Source: Tricharina praecox (Eukaryota). From it: a DNA stretch of 64,000 nt. The stretch spans positions 806,001 through 870,000 of the forward strand of contig NW_026250411.1 of assembly GCF_024521635.1 (NCBI RefSeq), written 5' to 3'. The position numbers and the translations under genes were made by a program. The notes beneath the pieces are model-generated. The model ran no database searches, was not told the DNA's origin, and was given only the letters and a program-made list of their open reading frames with translations. Each line of letters starts with the position of its first letter. Position 1 is the stretch's first letter. This document shows positions 45,301 to 59,460 of this stretch, one piece after another.

Positions 45301-48300
45301 GTAAAAATTTGCGCCGAACTTTTGCTCGGCAGAAGTGCATGAGTACCTAGTGGAAGTGAAGCCCCCACCGCGGCAGAGGTCCGGTCTTTGACCTTCGTTC
45401 ACCGTGTTGACAAAGTCAGCGGAACATTTCTATCCGGGCCGCTAGGTACGGTATTTGGAAGGATTACTAGGGGAAGGAATGAAGTGGCATAGGGGCTTAT
45501 GGAGAGTAGCCTTCTCGGCAGCGGTGGTGGTAGTGGTGGTCATGGTGGTGGCAGTGGGTGGCGTGGTGGTGGTGGCATCACGGCGGGGGAACCGATCCCC
45601 TCCCAACCCCTCCCCACCTATTAAGGGCGATCAGCGTGTCCATCCACTGAAGGGGAGGAGTAGGAAGCCATCACATTTGTTCTCCTCTCTAGAGGGACCG
45701 TCAATGACGCGCTGCGGCATTGTAATATGCATGGTGCGTCCGGACACCGACGGCTTCGCCAAACATACCATCAATCGGTGTAAGTGGTATAGAGTGGATA
45801 GCCCGATCAACGGCATACCATCGATAGGTATTTCCCCTCTCTCTGCGCTGCATCGAGCCGTCAGCCATTCCGGTGCGAACCTGGTCGTCCATTCAGCATG
45901 AAGCAGCACACCTTAAATTCGCTGCTATCAAAATCTCATAGATAAGGCAGAGTACCGTACCGTACCGATTCCGTAGTTAATCGAGAACTTTGCCGTGGAT
46001 CAAGCAGAACACAGGGTCGGTCTGCAGCGGGGGCAGTTCTCGATACCCATGCCATGGTTAATGGGAATTCCCACAAAGGAGGCAGAGGCAGTTCGAGACC
46101 GAAGTAAAGCGGCGGCGGCAAACGAATCCGACCCGATGCTGTGCCATTGCATCATGATCCATGAGTAATGCCATCCTTCGTTGTTGTCGTTGTCGTTAAT
46201 GTTGTTTGTTGGACCGCTACCTGCCACTCTAGTTAATACCGTAGTGACCGTCAACAGCTAATCAGGTTCGGTCGCACTTTGCCCGATCGAATTCCCTCTG
46301 CGCTTTCCCCCCTCCCCCCCGAAGATTTTGTGTATATTTTTCCTCAACTAACGGTCCTCAGGGCTGATTTTCGCTGCAAGCCAATCCGGTATTTCCTTTC
46401 TCCACACCGCCCGGGCTCGGTCCCTGCCTCCGAAGTCTTGATTGAGTAGTTGCGGGAAGCGATCGCGACACTCGTTACGCTCGAGAAGCGTACGAGAACA
46501 GGAAAATCGTCATGACATCCCTGGTTGTCTGAATCTCGAGTATCGCTGCATGATTTGTATACAGCAAGGGAAAGAAAAGAAAAAAGAAAAAAAGAAGAAA
46601 GAAAAAAAAAGAATTCTGCAGTTGAGGAGGAGGACCCTGGATGACGACGTCACAGCCTGCATTAGTTAGCTACGGTACTCTAAAGTTGGTGGTTTCCTGC
46701 TCAGCACAGCACCAGCAAGATCGCTCCTCCCCCCTCCCCACCCCACACCGACTTGCAGCGAACCAACCCAAGCCCGAGCGGTTGGAAACCAACATCCTCT
46801 CGAGTCTCGATTGGACAATCCGAACGAATGTCGAATGTCGAATGTTGCTATGCTATGTAGAGTGGTATGCGTTGAGACTTCTCCAGCCAGCCAGCCGCAG
46901 GCCCGCAGCTGCACTCGACAACGATCGGTAGCGAATTTATCGATTCTGTCGCTTCCTGGGTGTCCGTGCTTTGCGGCCTGCATCACCCAAACATACATGC
47001 ATACCCATTCGCAGACTGTTCGCGACCGACTTCAGAGTTCAGGTCGCGACGTGGTGAGAGGGGCGAGGAGGACGAGGGGGGGGAGGCGAGGCGATTGATC
47101 CGAGATCCCGTGTCACGGTCGAGCGAGCGAGTTTCCATGTGCTGGTCCCCCCTCAGGGGGGGTCGGGGTGGAGGGGCAGGGAGTGCCTTGGCGGGTTGGG
47201 TTGCGAAAGTTCGATCGGCACGCTGGGGGAACTCTGATCTCTCTTACAGAATTCGCCGGACCGGCCAAAGAAGAATCCTGCTTCTTTGAGGGGCGTCCTA
47301 CCGGTGGTACCGGTGCTATGTACGCGTCCAAGCACTCGTATTCTGCGAGCCCCAGTGCCCCACAGCTTGTCAGCTCATGATTAAATAAATAAAAACACCC
47401 AGCCGGCCGGCTTGGAGGACCTCTACTGAATGTGTAGAGCACCATCCGAAAGCCAAGGACTTGCTTACCCACCCAAGCAAGTCCGCATCCTCTAAACGCG
47501 GCAAACGACGAGTTAGGAAAATGGCACACACGGAAAAAAGTGGTGATCGTGTCCGTATGTATGCAAACGATCATCGCGTTTAGTTAGCACAGTAACCGGC
47601 CGTGGCATGTACTACCTTGTATGTAGAAATGATACTCTACCTGTCATATCCAACGTGGATGCATGGCAGAATGGCAGCATGGCCGCGGGATGATGGATGG
47701 TGGATGTTGGATCACCAGACAAATGTGATGTATCATGTAAGTAATTTTCAGGCCTCACCTCATCAGACTGTGGACATCCTCGTCTAGCACCCCACCCTCC
47801 CCGCGGAGCCTGAACTCTGAAGCAGTACGACTCACGAGTGGATCCGGCGCATCGTCCACTGCATAAATATGTAGGGGGGGGCATGGGCGATATGTATGTA
47901 TGTATGTCTGAGTACAAACAATTGGGACGAAACGTTGAACCGTTGAACCGTCGTTGCCGAGCACTACAGCGAGTGATGTAGAGGCGAAGGGGGAGAAGGA
48001 CGACGACGACGACGAGGCACGTACCTAGAGTATCATAATTATGTGTCAGATGCGTTCTTCTCTTCTGTTCTCGGGTCAGGAGCTCCGCGGAGTCAGTCCA
48101 GATATCTCGGATTCACGCCCACGTCGGTTTTGATGATTTGATCCCCTGTCAGACCAGGACCTAGTGTAGGTAGAAAAGTAAGATCAGCAACTGGGACGGT
48201 GAAGAAACGAGGGGTAGAGTAGGTAAAATTTAGGTATGTACTCAGTTGATCGTAAGACTGGGAGCGACATCTACTGCCATACACAGTAGTTGTTATACGG

Positions 48301-51300
48301 TAGTACTCAGTTAAACCTAGGACTGAACTCAGACGTCGACCGATTATGTAAAAGAAAAGCTGGCGCTCCGACACTCGTATCCAAAATCTCTCCAGTGATA
48401 GTTACCCACCGGTATATTACATACCACCACTCGTCGGAGTCCCGGCGCTCCATGCGTACGTGAGCACAGCTTGCCAACGTCGGTGCGTTGCCTAGATATA
48501 TGCGGTACCGTACTTACTCATAGTAAACGCGGAAGCTGTGTCCTCGAGGTCGGTCGTTCGGTTGGCGCAGTGCGCTTGAAAGCGGCAGCGAGCCTTGCTT
48601 CATGGGCCAGCACGCTGCACACATGGTTGCGAAAGGCAAAGCCATCGGTCGTGCGGTGTGCAGTGTGCACGCCGGGGAAATAGTAGCTAAATGGTAGCTA
48701 AGGTAAGCAGCCCGTACCCATTCTCCTATTAGTAGAAAATACCGGCGATATCGAGATTCGATACAAAGGTACATCGATATAAGTCCTGGGACTTGAGGTA
48801 CATGGGAACATACATACCTACAAGTCGTCTCGTATCCATCAAACTTCCAGGTACATATTTTCATATGTATTCCACGAACCACCCATTCCACCGCCGCAGG
48901 TGCCCATGCCCATGAGTGCCCCACCATTTCGGCCGCCGTCGTATGATCCACAGGTATCACCGCAACCCCCGCCCTCCGCAGTCATGCTATTCTAAGTTTC
49001 CATAGTTGGAGATGGCATGGCATGGCATGCAGGTATGGGACGAGAGACAGACAGACTTCCTATGATACATATGTTGGTACACCATACGATAGGTCCGTAG
49101 GTAGCAGCCAACGCGCGGGGCGTCGGTGGAGACGGTATGTAAAGCCGCACGTAGGTTTTCTAGGTATCGAACACTTCTTTCCGGCGAGATGCAGATGGAA
49201 ATGCGCGGTGGGATCTCTGTTCAGTCGAGAGAGAGAGAGAGAGAGAGAGAAAGAGTGAGAGAGGTAGCGCGGGGGGCGCTGCAGCGGCAACAAGGGGCAA
49301 CTCGGATTTCGAATGCCTGATGATCATGCCGACTTCATCTCTTTCCCCACTCTTGGAGGGCAGGACTTCGTCGTGCTAGGACAGGAGCCCTCCCCCCATG
49401 CCATGCCCTGGGCTCATTGGCCAGTGGCCACCGGTGGTGAACTGCGCTGGTCGGTCGGCGTGGACTTGAGCGCTAATTACGATTAATGGACTGGACACTG
49501 GACAGAATAGTTACAGCCCCCCATACGATACCATCAATGGCGCCGCCAGAATACCTATGCCCCCCATACGATACAACCGGGCTGCATTTGCGATATTCCA
49601 ATTGCTGTTCGGCGATGGACGCGCGCACTGCACGGTCCCATGGAAGGAGGGATGGCACCCGAGTGTGTATGTAGCAGTCGGTCCCACCCACCGTGGCCGC
49701 CTTCGGGAAATTTCCCCACACTTTCGTCCTCTGCTGCTGCTATGTACCAGCATTCGACATATCGTCCATCCACATCCGAGACTCTGGAGGTATGTATGTG
49801 CCTTGGCGCCACCACCGCCGCGTTCTTCCGGCACAGAGGAGAACAACTCCCGAGCCCCACGAACAGCAGTGCGCTTGCTTCCTTCTCTCTTTGCACTAAC
49901 TATCCAGCTAGGACCGACCCGTCCGCGGAGCTGATAGGTATAACTAACTCAGTAGGTAGTAGTGTACGAAGATACCTGGTCGATGTTCGTATCTATCCGT
50001 CCGCGGAACGATTATGTTCGCATTCGCAGGGACAAGGAGGATAGGGAGTTTAGGCGAATAACTGAGTACTTACCTACCGTACCGTATCACAGATAGGAAG
50101 GAAGGTGGTCCGAGAAGGAGCCCCCGATAGTAGAGGGTGAGAAAGGCAGAAGAAGGCAGGATCTCGAGCGAGCAACGTGCCCTGCCGATGATCCCATGGC
50201 TGCATGTTTCTCACCTCTTCTGTCTTCCTGTCTGTCTGCCTGCGCCCTCCCTCTCTCTCTCCCTCCATTCCCTCCTTGGCCTCTTTCCTTTCTTTTCTTT
50301 TCTTTTCTGCCTGCACAAGCGTAAGCAGCTTGGTCTCAAATTTCCCGCGCAGGCAGCAAAACCCACACACACACACGACGACCCAACCCAATCGCCGGCG
50401 ACGAACCCTTGTGGTTGTGGGGTGTGTGTTCCGGAAGGGAACCTCGCCATCATTCGGTGGGCTCTCTCTCTCTGGCTCTACCTGTGCCTCTGTCTTTTTT
50501 TTTGCCTCTGCCTTTGTCCTTTCTTCTTTCCTTTTGTTCGCGTGTGTTGTGTTGTTTGTTTTGTCAAACACAGCTATTTACGAAATTTACTTGCCTATGG
50601 CTATTACCCCACAGTTTCGGATCGCAACGGGCACGGTTGTTTTCGAAAGGAGGAAAAAGCACAACAGCGGGCATGATATGAAGTAGCATTCGAATCAGAA
50701 TAAAAAATTCAGTTGGATCGATTGAGGGAAATAGAGGACTTCTGGCTGGCTGGTTGGCTTGCTGGATGGCAGCTGGCTGTCGGCCTCGCGTCGTGATAAT
50801 CTGGGGTGCATAGCATAGCATAGCATATGCTATTTACACTTTTTCTCCTACATACACACATACATATTCTGCACAGCTCACAGAAACGGACGCACCCGTC
50901 TGGCTGTCTGTCTGGCTGGCTGGCCGGCTGGCTCGTTCGTTCGTTCGTTCGCCCTCTCAGGCTCTCACCCATGGGCCTGCTCTTTCTGCTTCTCGCCCCC
51001 AACAACTACAAGAATAGAAAAAGAAAAGAAAGAGAGAGAGAAAAAAAACTACTATCGTGAGTTGTCGTCCGTGTGGTGTTTGCCCCCTCCCCCCTCCCCA
51101 GCCAGGCCCTCCGCCCCGTTCGCTTACAGGACAGGATACCGTAGAGGTAGAGTACTATACCTAGAGCACTCTACGTATACTACCGGTATCTCTCCTATCT
51201 ACCGCCTCCCACCACGCGATTGGTCGGAACTGTGGTATCGTGAGAATCACGGACGGACGTCTCCCCTCCGTCCGTTGCCTCCCTGCTCCCCTGGCCCTGG

Positions 51301-54300
51301 CTCCTGGCCCCGACTCCGACCCCTTCGTCATTCGTGAAAGTGAGACTCAAGCGAGAGGGCCTGGATTCGAACCGCCAACCAGTTACTTGGTGAGACCTAC
51401 TTACCACCTACAAACCTACCTGGGTATGATGGGTAGAGTAACATAGAGTAGTACCGGTCCGGCTAACCCCACCCCAGTCTCCCGTCCGTACTCTACTTTA
51501 CTCTATGGATTCATCCATCACTTAGACACGCACGCTTAAACCCGTGGCTGGCGAGCGGAGCGCTCGCTCAGCTTATGGATTGCCGCGGAGGCTCTACTCT
51601 ATGCGACGTGGAATATCTAGGCATACGGTAGACACATACATGGGATGGAATCCTCGGGCCGGCCGGACATCATCATCATCATCACCACCCATGGTTCCGT
51701 CTTTCCCTTTCCCCCCGCCCCGCCCCCATGAAAAAGAGCTCGACTTGCTTTTTGTATAGAGTACTCGCACGTAGAGTAGGTATCTAGAGTACAGCTCGTA
51801 ACTACGTACGGGCCTACGGCCATCAGCGTCTCCGACTTTGACCGTCTGGCCTGGGCTCAGCAGCTGGAGGTACTACCTACCACTCTACCTAGTAGAACAC
51901 TCCGCATGGTGACTTCATAGGTAGGGAGGTAGGCATAGGTAGACGGTAGCCCATCGCCTCACCTCACCTCGCCTTCAAAGAAGTTCTAAGTTCTCACCGC
52001 TCTGAGGCTCTGAAGCTCCAAGCCGTGCCGATTGGACAGTTCGCCAATCCCCCCCCTCTCCTCTCGAGTCTTGACGCTATGGCTACTGGCCGCTGGCCAG
52101 ATCCTCCCCCCGCCCCGCAATCTAGATTCTGGATTCTGCAATCTGGATTCTGCAGCACTGTTTTCGGTTCTCCTCGATCAAAAGAAAGCATCTGTGTACC
52201 AGGGGGGGGGGGGGGGGGTATCGTTCGTTTTTCCGCCTCTCCCCCGCGCGCGCGCCTCAGACTCGCAGACAGACTCCACAGACACTGATACAGCATACAG
52301 ATACAGCATACAGACACCTTATGCACCAGCAACTATAGCAACTATCGTTAGTACAGTCCGCGAGCGGATATGTACCGCACGTACTAGCATAACTGTACTA
52401 GATATATGTAGATACACACCGATTTTGCTTTTCTGCCTGCTGCCTTCTTTTCGCGCGTGTGTGGATGTGTATGCGTGCGGGTGTGCGGTGTGTAGATATT
52501 TGTGGGTGTGTGCGGGTGCGGGATAGCTATCCATCCACCTATCCACCTATCCGTGTCATCCGTTTCATCCGTGTAGTTTGGACGAACGGACGGCCAGGCG
52601 ATAAACATTGTGGAACATCGTTTCTTTTGCTCACGTTCATCCGATCCTTAACATCAAGCACAACCCGGACTACAAGCACAACACCCAGCGGCAGTGGGGT
52701 TGACGTTCTACGTTTCTTCGTGCATCGGCATTTTTTTTGTTTTCCTCTCCGTTTCTTTTCCTCTCCTTTCCTTTTCCCGTTCGTTTTCCTTTTCCCCAGG
52801 CTGAGATGGACGCTCGTCTACCACCGTTGTAGTCGTCGCTGCCGTCGTATGTAGTCGTGAAGCGAATGTCGGTGGTTTTCAGTTGAGGCAATTATGTACG
52901 TACGTGCGTGCGTGTATACTTGCTCGATGTGTATGGCAGGTATGTATGGTATGCACCGTATGTACCGTGGTTGCTTACGTGCCTACATACTTGCCCACCG
53001 CGGTCGTCGTGCTGCCCCTGCTGCTGCTGGGGGTACTCTAGGGAGGCGGGGGCGGAGAGGCGACGGGGGGTGCATCGTGAGTTCCAGGTCCAGCTCCGGC
53101 TCTGTTTAGGTCCAGCGAGCTGTGCTCTCCATCTACCGGGCCGGGGGGCGGGCGGGCGGGCGGACAAGCGCTGGTGCTTGTGCAGGTTCTGGTGCTGGCG
53201 CGGGCACTGGTGAAGTCACGATGTCGTGTGTCGTGTGTCGGTCGTGTGTCGGTCGTGTGGACTCTGGAGTTGTGGAGTTGCGTGTCCGTAGTCGACTTGT
53301 AGTTACCTGGGTAGAACAGCAGAATACCGGTACCAGTAGCAGAGTACCACCTATAGCACTATCCACTGGCAGAAACCAAGGTCTTCTGCTATAGACTCTA
53401 GGCTCTACATAGACTCCAGAGTACGTAGTACCTACCGTAGGTCCGTAGGTAAATCTCACGATGATTTCAAGGCCTCAACTCCCCCCCTCGCACCTCGCAC
53501 TTCCAAGTTCCCACTTCCCACCTCTCACCTCCCCCAGACCGGACTGGACCGCTACAACCAGGACCTGAACCAGAACCAGAACAAAACCAGAACCAGAACC
53601 AGAGCAACACCCCACAACCACATCCCCACAACCACATCTCCCCCCAAAAAGCACAAGCACAAGGCAAGGCAAGAAAGAAAGTTAGAACCCAACAAGAACC
53701 CAACCCAACAAGAGCAAAAAACAAACACTCACCTCTCCTCTCCTCTACCCTACTCCCATCTAGAGTAACTACTGCTCAACTGCGGCAATGGTGCAGCTAC
53801 ATAGATGCGAAACCCAAACCCCCCCTCCCAAAAAAAGTAAAAAGTATCGCTGCACCCCACAGTCCACATCCACAGTCCCCAGCACAGTCCCCAGTCCCCA
53901 GCACAGTCCCCAGTCCCCAGCACAGCACTGTTGCGTCGCGCGGTGCGGAGGGTGAGGTGAGGTGCGTGATCACCTGCCTGCCCAGCTGCCTGCCCTGCTG
54001 CTTGCTGCTTGCTCTCTTTTCTCTCTGTATGACGATGCACCAGCCCACGCACGCAGCCCCATCCGCCCCTCCCCTCCCCTCCCCAGCTCTCCCCACTGCC
54101 CCGGTCCATGCTCACGGTTTATGCACAGAGTTTTGCTTTTGCTTCTTCTTTGGTTTCGTTCTTCAGGATATATTCCGCTCTGTATATACAAACAAGAGGT
54201 ATAGGTACTCTAGGTACTTCGTATCGTACGCACACTACATACAACATGCACTCCATGCAGCTCGTACGTAGGGATACCGGTACCGGTATATGACCGAGAA

Positions 54301-54869
54301 GAAACGAAATGAAACGGTACGGTATGTATTGTACGCCGTAAAATAATCGAAAGCAAGTAGGTATGATGGAGCTCCGCGCCGACTCCCACCCCCATCGGAA
54401 AACACAGACACAGACACAGACACAGACATCTTAAGACAGACACAGACATGGCCACAGACAGACAGACAGGCTTTCCAACCACTTTCCAACCAAAAACAAG
54501 AAAAGAACAAAAGAGGAAACCAAGTAGACCGAGATATTCGAAGGAAAACAAATAAAAACAGGACCCCTTGAACCCCATTCCCGTCATGCAGTTACAAAGT
54601 TAGTAACAAGAAGAAGAAGAAGAGGAAGAAACGGAACGCGGAACGTGAAACCAAAAAAAAAGATATCCGATCCCCCCCACCCCCATGCAAAAAATAAATA
54701 ATTGAACCCCGTTAGGTATGCAACAACGAATGTGAATGTACACAGCAGCCACGAGGAGAGAACTCGACCCGTACCGCAACAAGTAAAGCAAAGACGACGA
54801 ACGACAAGAACTCCTCGAGCATCAAAGCGGACAAGCGGACAAGCAGACAGACAGGCACCAAGCTTCGTG

Positions 54870-55706
54870 CTATGACCGCTGGCTCTGCGCAACGTACACC
54901 AGTCGCTCGCCGAGGTCGTGGCCGGTGAAGTAGCTTCCATCCTTCTCCTGCTCCAGCATCAAGGGAGTGACAGGCCCGCCGGGGCTGCCGAGCGGGATCA
55001 GTCGTGGGCTCATGGGGCCCGTGCTGAGGAGGTGTGCTGGGATTCCGTTCGCGCGGGTCGCCGAGGTGATGATTTCGCGCTGGTGGAGCTGCAGCTTCTG
55101 CTGTGTGCTCAGCGAGTGGGCGTAGTTCTGGTGCGAGTAGCCGTGGTGGTGCGAGTAGTTCGGGGGTGTCGATGTTGTCGATGATGCGCCCGAGGACGTC
55201 GCTGTGGGGAGCATTGACAGTGTGAGGTTCGCTGAAGGCTTGGTGCGTGGTGTCGACGAGGAGCCGGAGGCGGTGGTGGGCATCAGTGATGGTGGGGCGA
55301 TGGTCGAGGTCAAGATCAGAGGCGACGGAGGGCGCTCGGAGGAATACAGGCGCATTGGGTACAACGACATCTTGGACGTGGGATGGTTGGAGTTGTGGTT
55401 GTGGTTGGGGTTTGGGTTGTGGTCGAGGGATTGAGGCTCGTGGGGATCCGGCTGGTGTTGATGGTCGGTTGAATGCTGCTGGTCTGGTCTACGAGGAGGG
55501 AATGCGAGCGTGTCGGCAAAGCAGTCGGCACGATGAGGTTTATGGCTTAGTGTCTGTGTGTGTGTCTGTGTCTGAGGATGAGGGCCGGTATTCTTATGAG
55601 CGACGGCGGAGGTATTTGACTGAGTGGTGGTCAGGGAAGAGGAAGAGGAGGTTGAGGAGGTTGAGGATGGAAGTGAGGACTGCGAGTCGGAACGAGGGCC
55701 GGGCAT
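54870..55706 (-). CDS. Conserved fungal hypothetical low-complexity protein (278 aa)
   Basis: ATG-initiated Ser/Thr/His-rich ORF ending in QQKLQLHQREII..PMSPRLIPLGSPGGPVTPLMLE..SYF, a block I recognise from ascomycete hypothetical proteins. Confidence 0.75.
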   Translation of the reverse strand: MPGPRSDSQSSLPSSTSSTSSSSSLTTTQSNTSAVAHKNTGPHPQTQTHTQTLSHKPHRADCFADTLAFPPRRPDQQHSTDHQHQPDPHEPQSLDHNPNPNHNHNSNHPTSKMSLYPMRLYSSERPPSPLILTSTIAPPSLMPTTASGSSSTPRTKPSANLTLSMLPTATSSGASSTTSTPPNYSHHHGYSHQNYAHSLSTQQKLQLHQREIITSATRANGIPAHLLSTGPMSPRLIPLGSPGGPVTPLMLEQEKDGSYFTGHDLGERLVYVAQSQRS

Positions 55707-58700
55707 CGTGAGCTTTTGAAGCGGAGTGGGAACTGTTTTTGTGTGGGTGGTGGCACTGTGCTTTTGGTGGGTGGGTGAGTTTCTGGAGCCAGCGTCATTT
55801 GGGTGAAGCGTTGGGTTGAAGCGACGCTACTGTAGAGGTTGGGTCACCGTAGTCAGCAGCTTTCCTTCCCTTCTTTTTTTTGTTCCCCCTCGTCGGTAGC
55901 GTAACACCCCGGTGCCCAGGGAAAAGAGCAACCAACCCAAATCCCGAAAGGGAAAAAAAACAGTGGGTTATGTGAGTAGAGTAGGGTGGGCAAGGGTGGA
56001 GGTGTGTAGGAGCACAGACTTCTGCAGCTGCTGGACGAGAAAAAAAAGAAAGGAGGAGAGCGTGAGCGTGCGCGCATAGGACGGACGCGGCGAGAGGGAT
56101 GATCCAGATAGAGACATTAGAGGCAGAGAGACACACAAACACACACACATTCACACACACATAGAGAGGGACAGTGGTGGCATCTCCACATGATAATCGA
56201 GATAGGTAGGCGTGGTGGGCACATAGGTAGCATTCGGAGATACATCGCTCGCCACAGTGGATGACTGGCAGGAGCTATGCTATAGGACGGGTATGGCAAG
56301 GGAGAGGGGCCGGCGGGCACCAAGTGATGGGGTGCAGTAGTAGCAGCAGCAGCAGCAGCCATTTCCCTCTCCTCGGCCATCATGGCAATAGCCGTATGCA
56401 GGTGCAATATGGGACCGCGGTGGAAAGGGTTCGCTCGCGAAAGCGAGTTGTGACCGGTCAGGTCTCTACTCATCCGCCATCACTCTGCATCGTTTGGAGA
56501 CCGTTGTCGGCCGGTGTTAATTAAGCACTGCACCATAGAGCGCCTGGAACGAGAGATGAGGGGCGAGAATTTGCGATGCTGGTGGCTTCGGCTGGCGAAG
56601 ATCTGGAGGCGGTAGCGGTAGTGCTTCCGGCGCCGGGACAAATTGTAGTCTTGCTGGTGGTGGTGGTTGTGATGATGATGACAACTTTCTCGATGGTATC
56701 GATGATGCTAACTAATACTGTCATGGGTACGTGTTACATGGTACCAGCCAGCCGGGGGTGGTGGTGGTGGTGGTATGTAGTGGTGGTATGTAGTGGTGGT
56801 ATGTAGTGGTGGTGGTAGGTGGTGGTGGTAGCGGTACCGGTGGTGGTGGTGGTGGTGATGATGATGATGGTGGATGAGAGCATGATGGTAGCTCGCAGCT
56901 TGCAGGCGAATCCAAGCGACCAATAGACGACGCCGTCCAGGGCTTCTCCCGTCGTCAAAAACAAAGCACAGGGGCGAGCGCTACGTTTAGACATCACCGC
57001 GCTCGTGACCTTGCCCGAAACGCTCCGAACATCTTCCAGGCCCCGGGCCCGCCCCGTCCGTTCTCATCTCCCCTCTCTACTCTGCCCTCCCGCCCCTCCT
57101 TACGCCTCCCCCGTATCAACCTACCTGTACTGGACGTGCATGCCCTCTTCAGCCCTCGACGACACTTCCGAACCCCTCAGTAAAATTAGCTTCCGCCTTC
57201 CATCCCTCTAGCCAACGAACGGAGCGGCGGATGCGTGTATCTGTGGTGCTGCGCAACCGCCGCTCCCTCATGCTCAGTGAACGAATGATCACCGGAGATG
57301 CCGCTGCGGTTCTGTATTCTGCTCCACTTTACAAATCCCTCGCCCCAGTCGGAGCATGCAGCTGCGGTGGTTATCGCCATTAATCCGCGGACGGCAGTGA
57401 CAACGCCGAGTTCGATACCGGTGACGCGCAATGTGCATTACTTTTCCCTCTTACCCCTCTTCGCGCCTTGGTTCTTTTCCCTGGCCGAAGAGCGACGTCG
57501 AAGATGTTGACTTCCCGGACAGGGTATATGTACAGAGGAGTACTCTACTTACTGAGTTACCGGGTGTCAAGTAGCGACCAAGTTCCAACTCCATCTGCTA
57601 CATACACGGAGCCGTAATTTTCAATCAACCAACAACGAAAAAAAATAGTCCCTGCAGCAAGCCTGCCAGCCCACGTCGCCAGTCAGGGGACTGCCCGTGG
57701 GCGTCCAAGGAACAGAGACTCGAGATCTGGACAGCAAGCCACAAGCGAAGGCACCCGCTGCCAGTACTGTACGGTAGGTAGTTACGGCTAACCGCCGGCC
57801 GTTGGTTGGAGGCAAAGATCTGGGATGGGGCATCTAGAGCTGGTGAGAAATGAAAAAGAGGGATCGGGTAATTTCTCAGTGCGGGTATCGACGTCATTGT
57901 CCCTCGAGATGCGGTGTGCAGTTACATGCTGCGTGTCACTCCCGCGTGCACACTGAGATTGCTGGAATGACGTGAGCTTGATCTGGCGCGTGCATCCGAT
58001 GTTATCTTATCTCGGATAGCCTATATCGTGCGGCTCTGCATCTGTGCGGCCCTTCCGCATAATCAAGGGCTAAGGGCTTAGGGTGCGGTCGGCAAGGGTG
58101 GCGTGAGGCGGCTCGCAGAACGTGGACGGCTTGGCTATCAGCACTAAGGCCGATGCGGCGAGGCAAGGGACGCGGCCATGGGTGACACAGCACTAATATG
58201 GGAAAAGTGGACTGATCGATGATGGCGGCGGTTGATGATCTCTCAGTGGTGGCCTACCGGGATGCACGAGAATAGAGAGCCGCCCGCCAAACGAACCATC
58301 AGTGCTCACTGCCGGTACCGAAAATCTTCTGCCGTCGACGACGATATCCAGAGGGATACAAAACAGAGAGAGACACTGAGAGATACGCGCGAAAGAAAGA
58401 CACCATAGTGGTTGGCAGGAACGGAAAGAAGTTCGGCCTTTTGCTTCGCGAAACAACCCGGATCCCCACCACCAGCACCCTTTACACGTCCACCTTTCCC
58501 ACCTTCCGCCTCTTCCCGCCCCGCCCCTGCCGCCGCCGTCGACCTTGCCGCGACCATCAGGCGAGCAGGCAGTGCAAAACCTCTCAGCTTGTCAGTCATT
58601 CCGTCGAATCGGTCGGTCAGAGCTCTCCGTCGCCACCACCTGAGTGTCGTTCAGTAAACTATCGCTGGAATTCCCGATTCGCCATTCCTGCACGCCCGTT

Positions 58701-59460
58701 GTCGTCGCTCGTCCACCTAGTAGCTGTCAGTCACCGGCAGAGCTGTTGCTATCGTTCGTTCGTCGTCCGCCGTTCGCGTGTGATCTAGCTTGACGATGTT
58801 TATATGCTAATTTGTTCATGCGCAGAAACGTAAAGCCCCCCCTCAAAAAAAGGAAGCGAAGAGGAGAGCTTGAGGGGAATTCAATTGATACTTGTATCCC
58901 TGAGCATTGGCCGAGTAAGCCAGCACCTGAGCGAGGAACACCCCAAGATATAAGTGCACGCTTATACTTATAACTTCCCCACCAGTTCAGCTCCTGCACG
59001 ACATCCTCGTATTATCTCCAGTTGAGGTTTCAGTGGAATCGCATCCGTATCCGCCTCTTGGGCTGAACTCGTGTGTGGTGGCGAGCCACTATCGGCGCCT
59101 CTTCTCGGTCCCCGGACGTTGTCACGGAAAGAAAAAAACATCGAACCATCATCACGCCAGATCCTCCAACATCCTTGTACCCTCTCTCGCTACGTCTCGC
59201 ACCTCACGCAACCCTCAGCCCACCGCTCTGACCATTCACAACCAAAATACCTTCCCGCAAAAGGCCCAACAGCTTCCCATTCCCCCCACCCCGCTCCGCC
59301 TAGCCAATACTTACTCACGCAAGTGTTCGATTCTGTCAGGCCATTTCACCGTGTGCGCTTGCAGTTCCTGCGTGATCCTGCTATACTATCTGGCTGACGG
59401 TCTCCTCATCTTGAAATCCGTTTCTTGCTTTCCCCTCAAAAGAACCCCTATCCGTTCAGG

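Noticed and set aside
51355..51425. GGTTCGAATCC B-box on the minus strand (51373-51363) as a tRNA
   Set aside because: No acceptor, D or anticodon stems can be formed.
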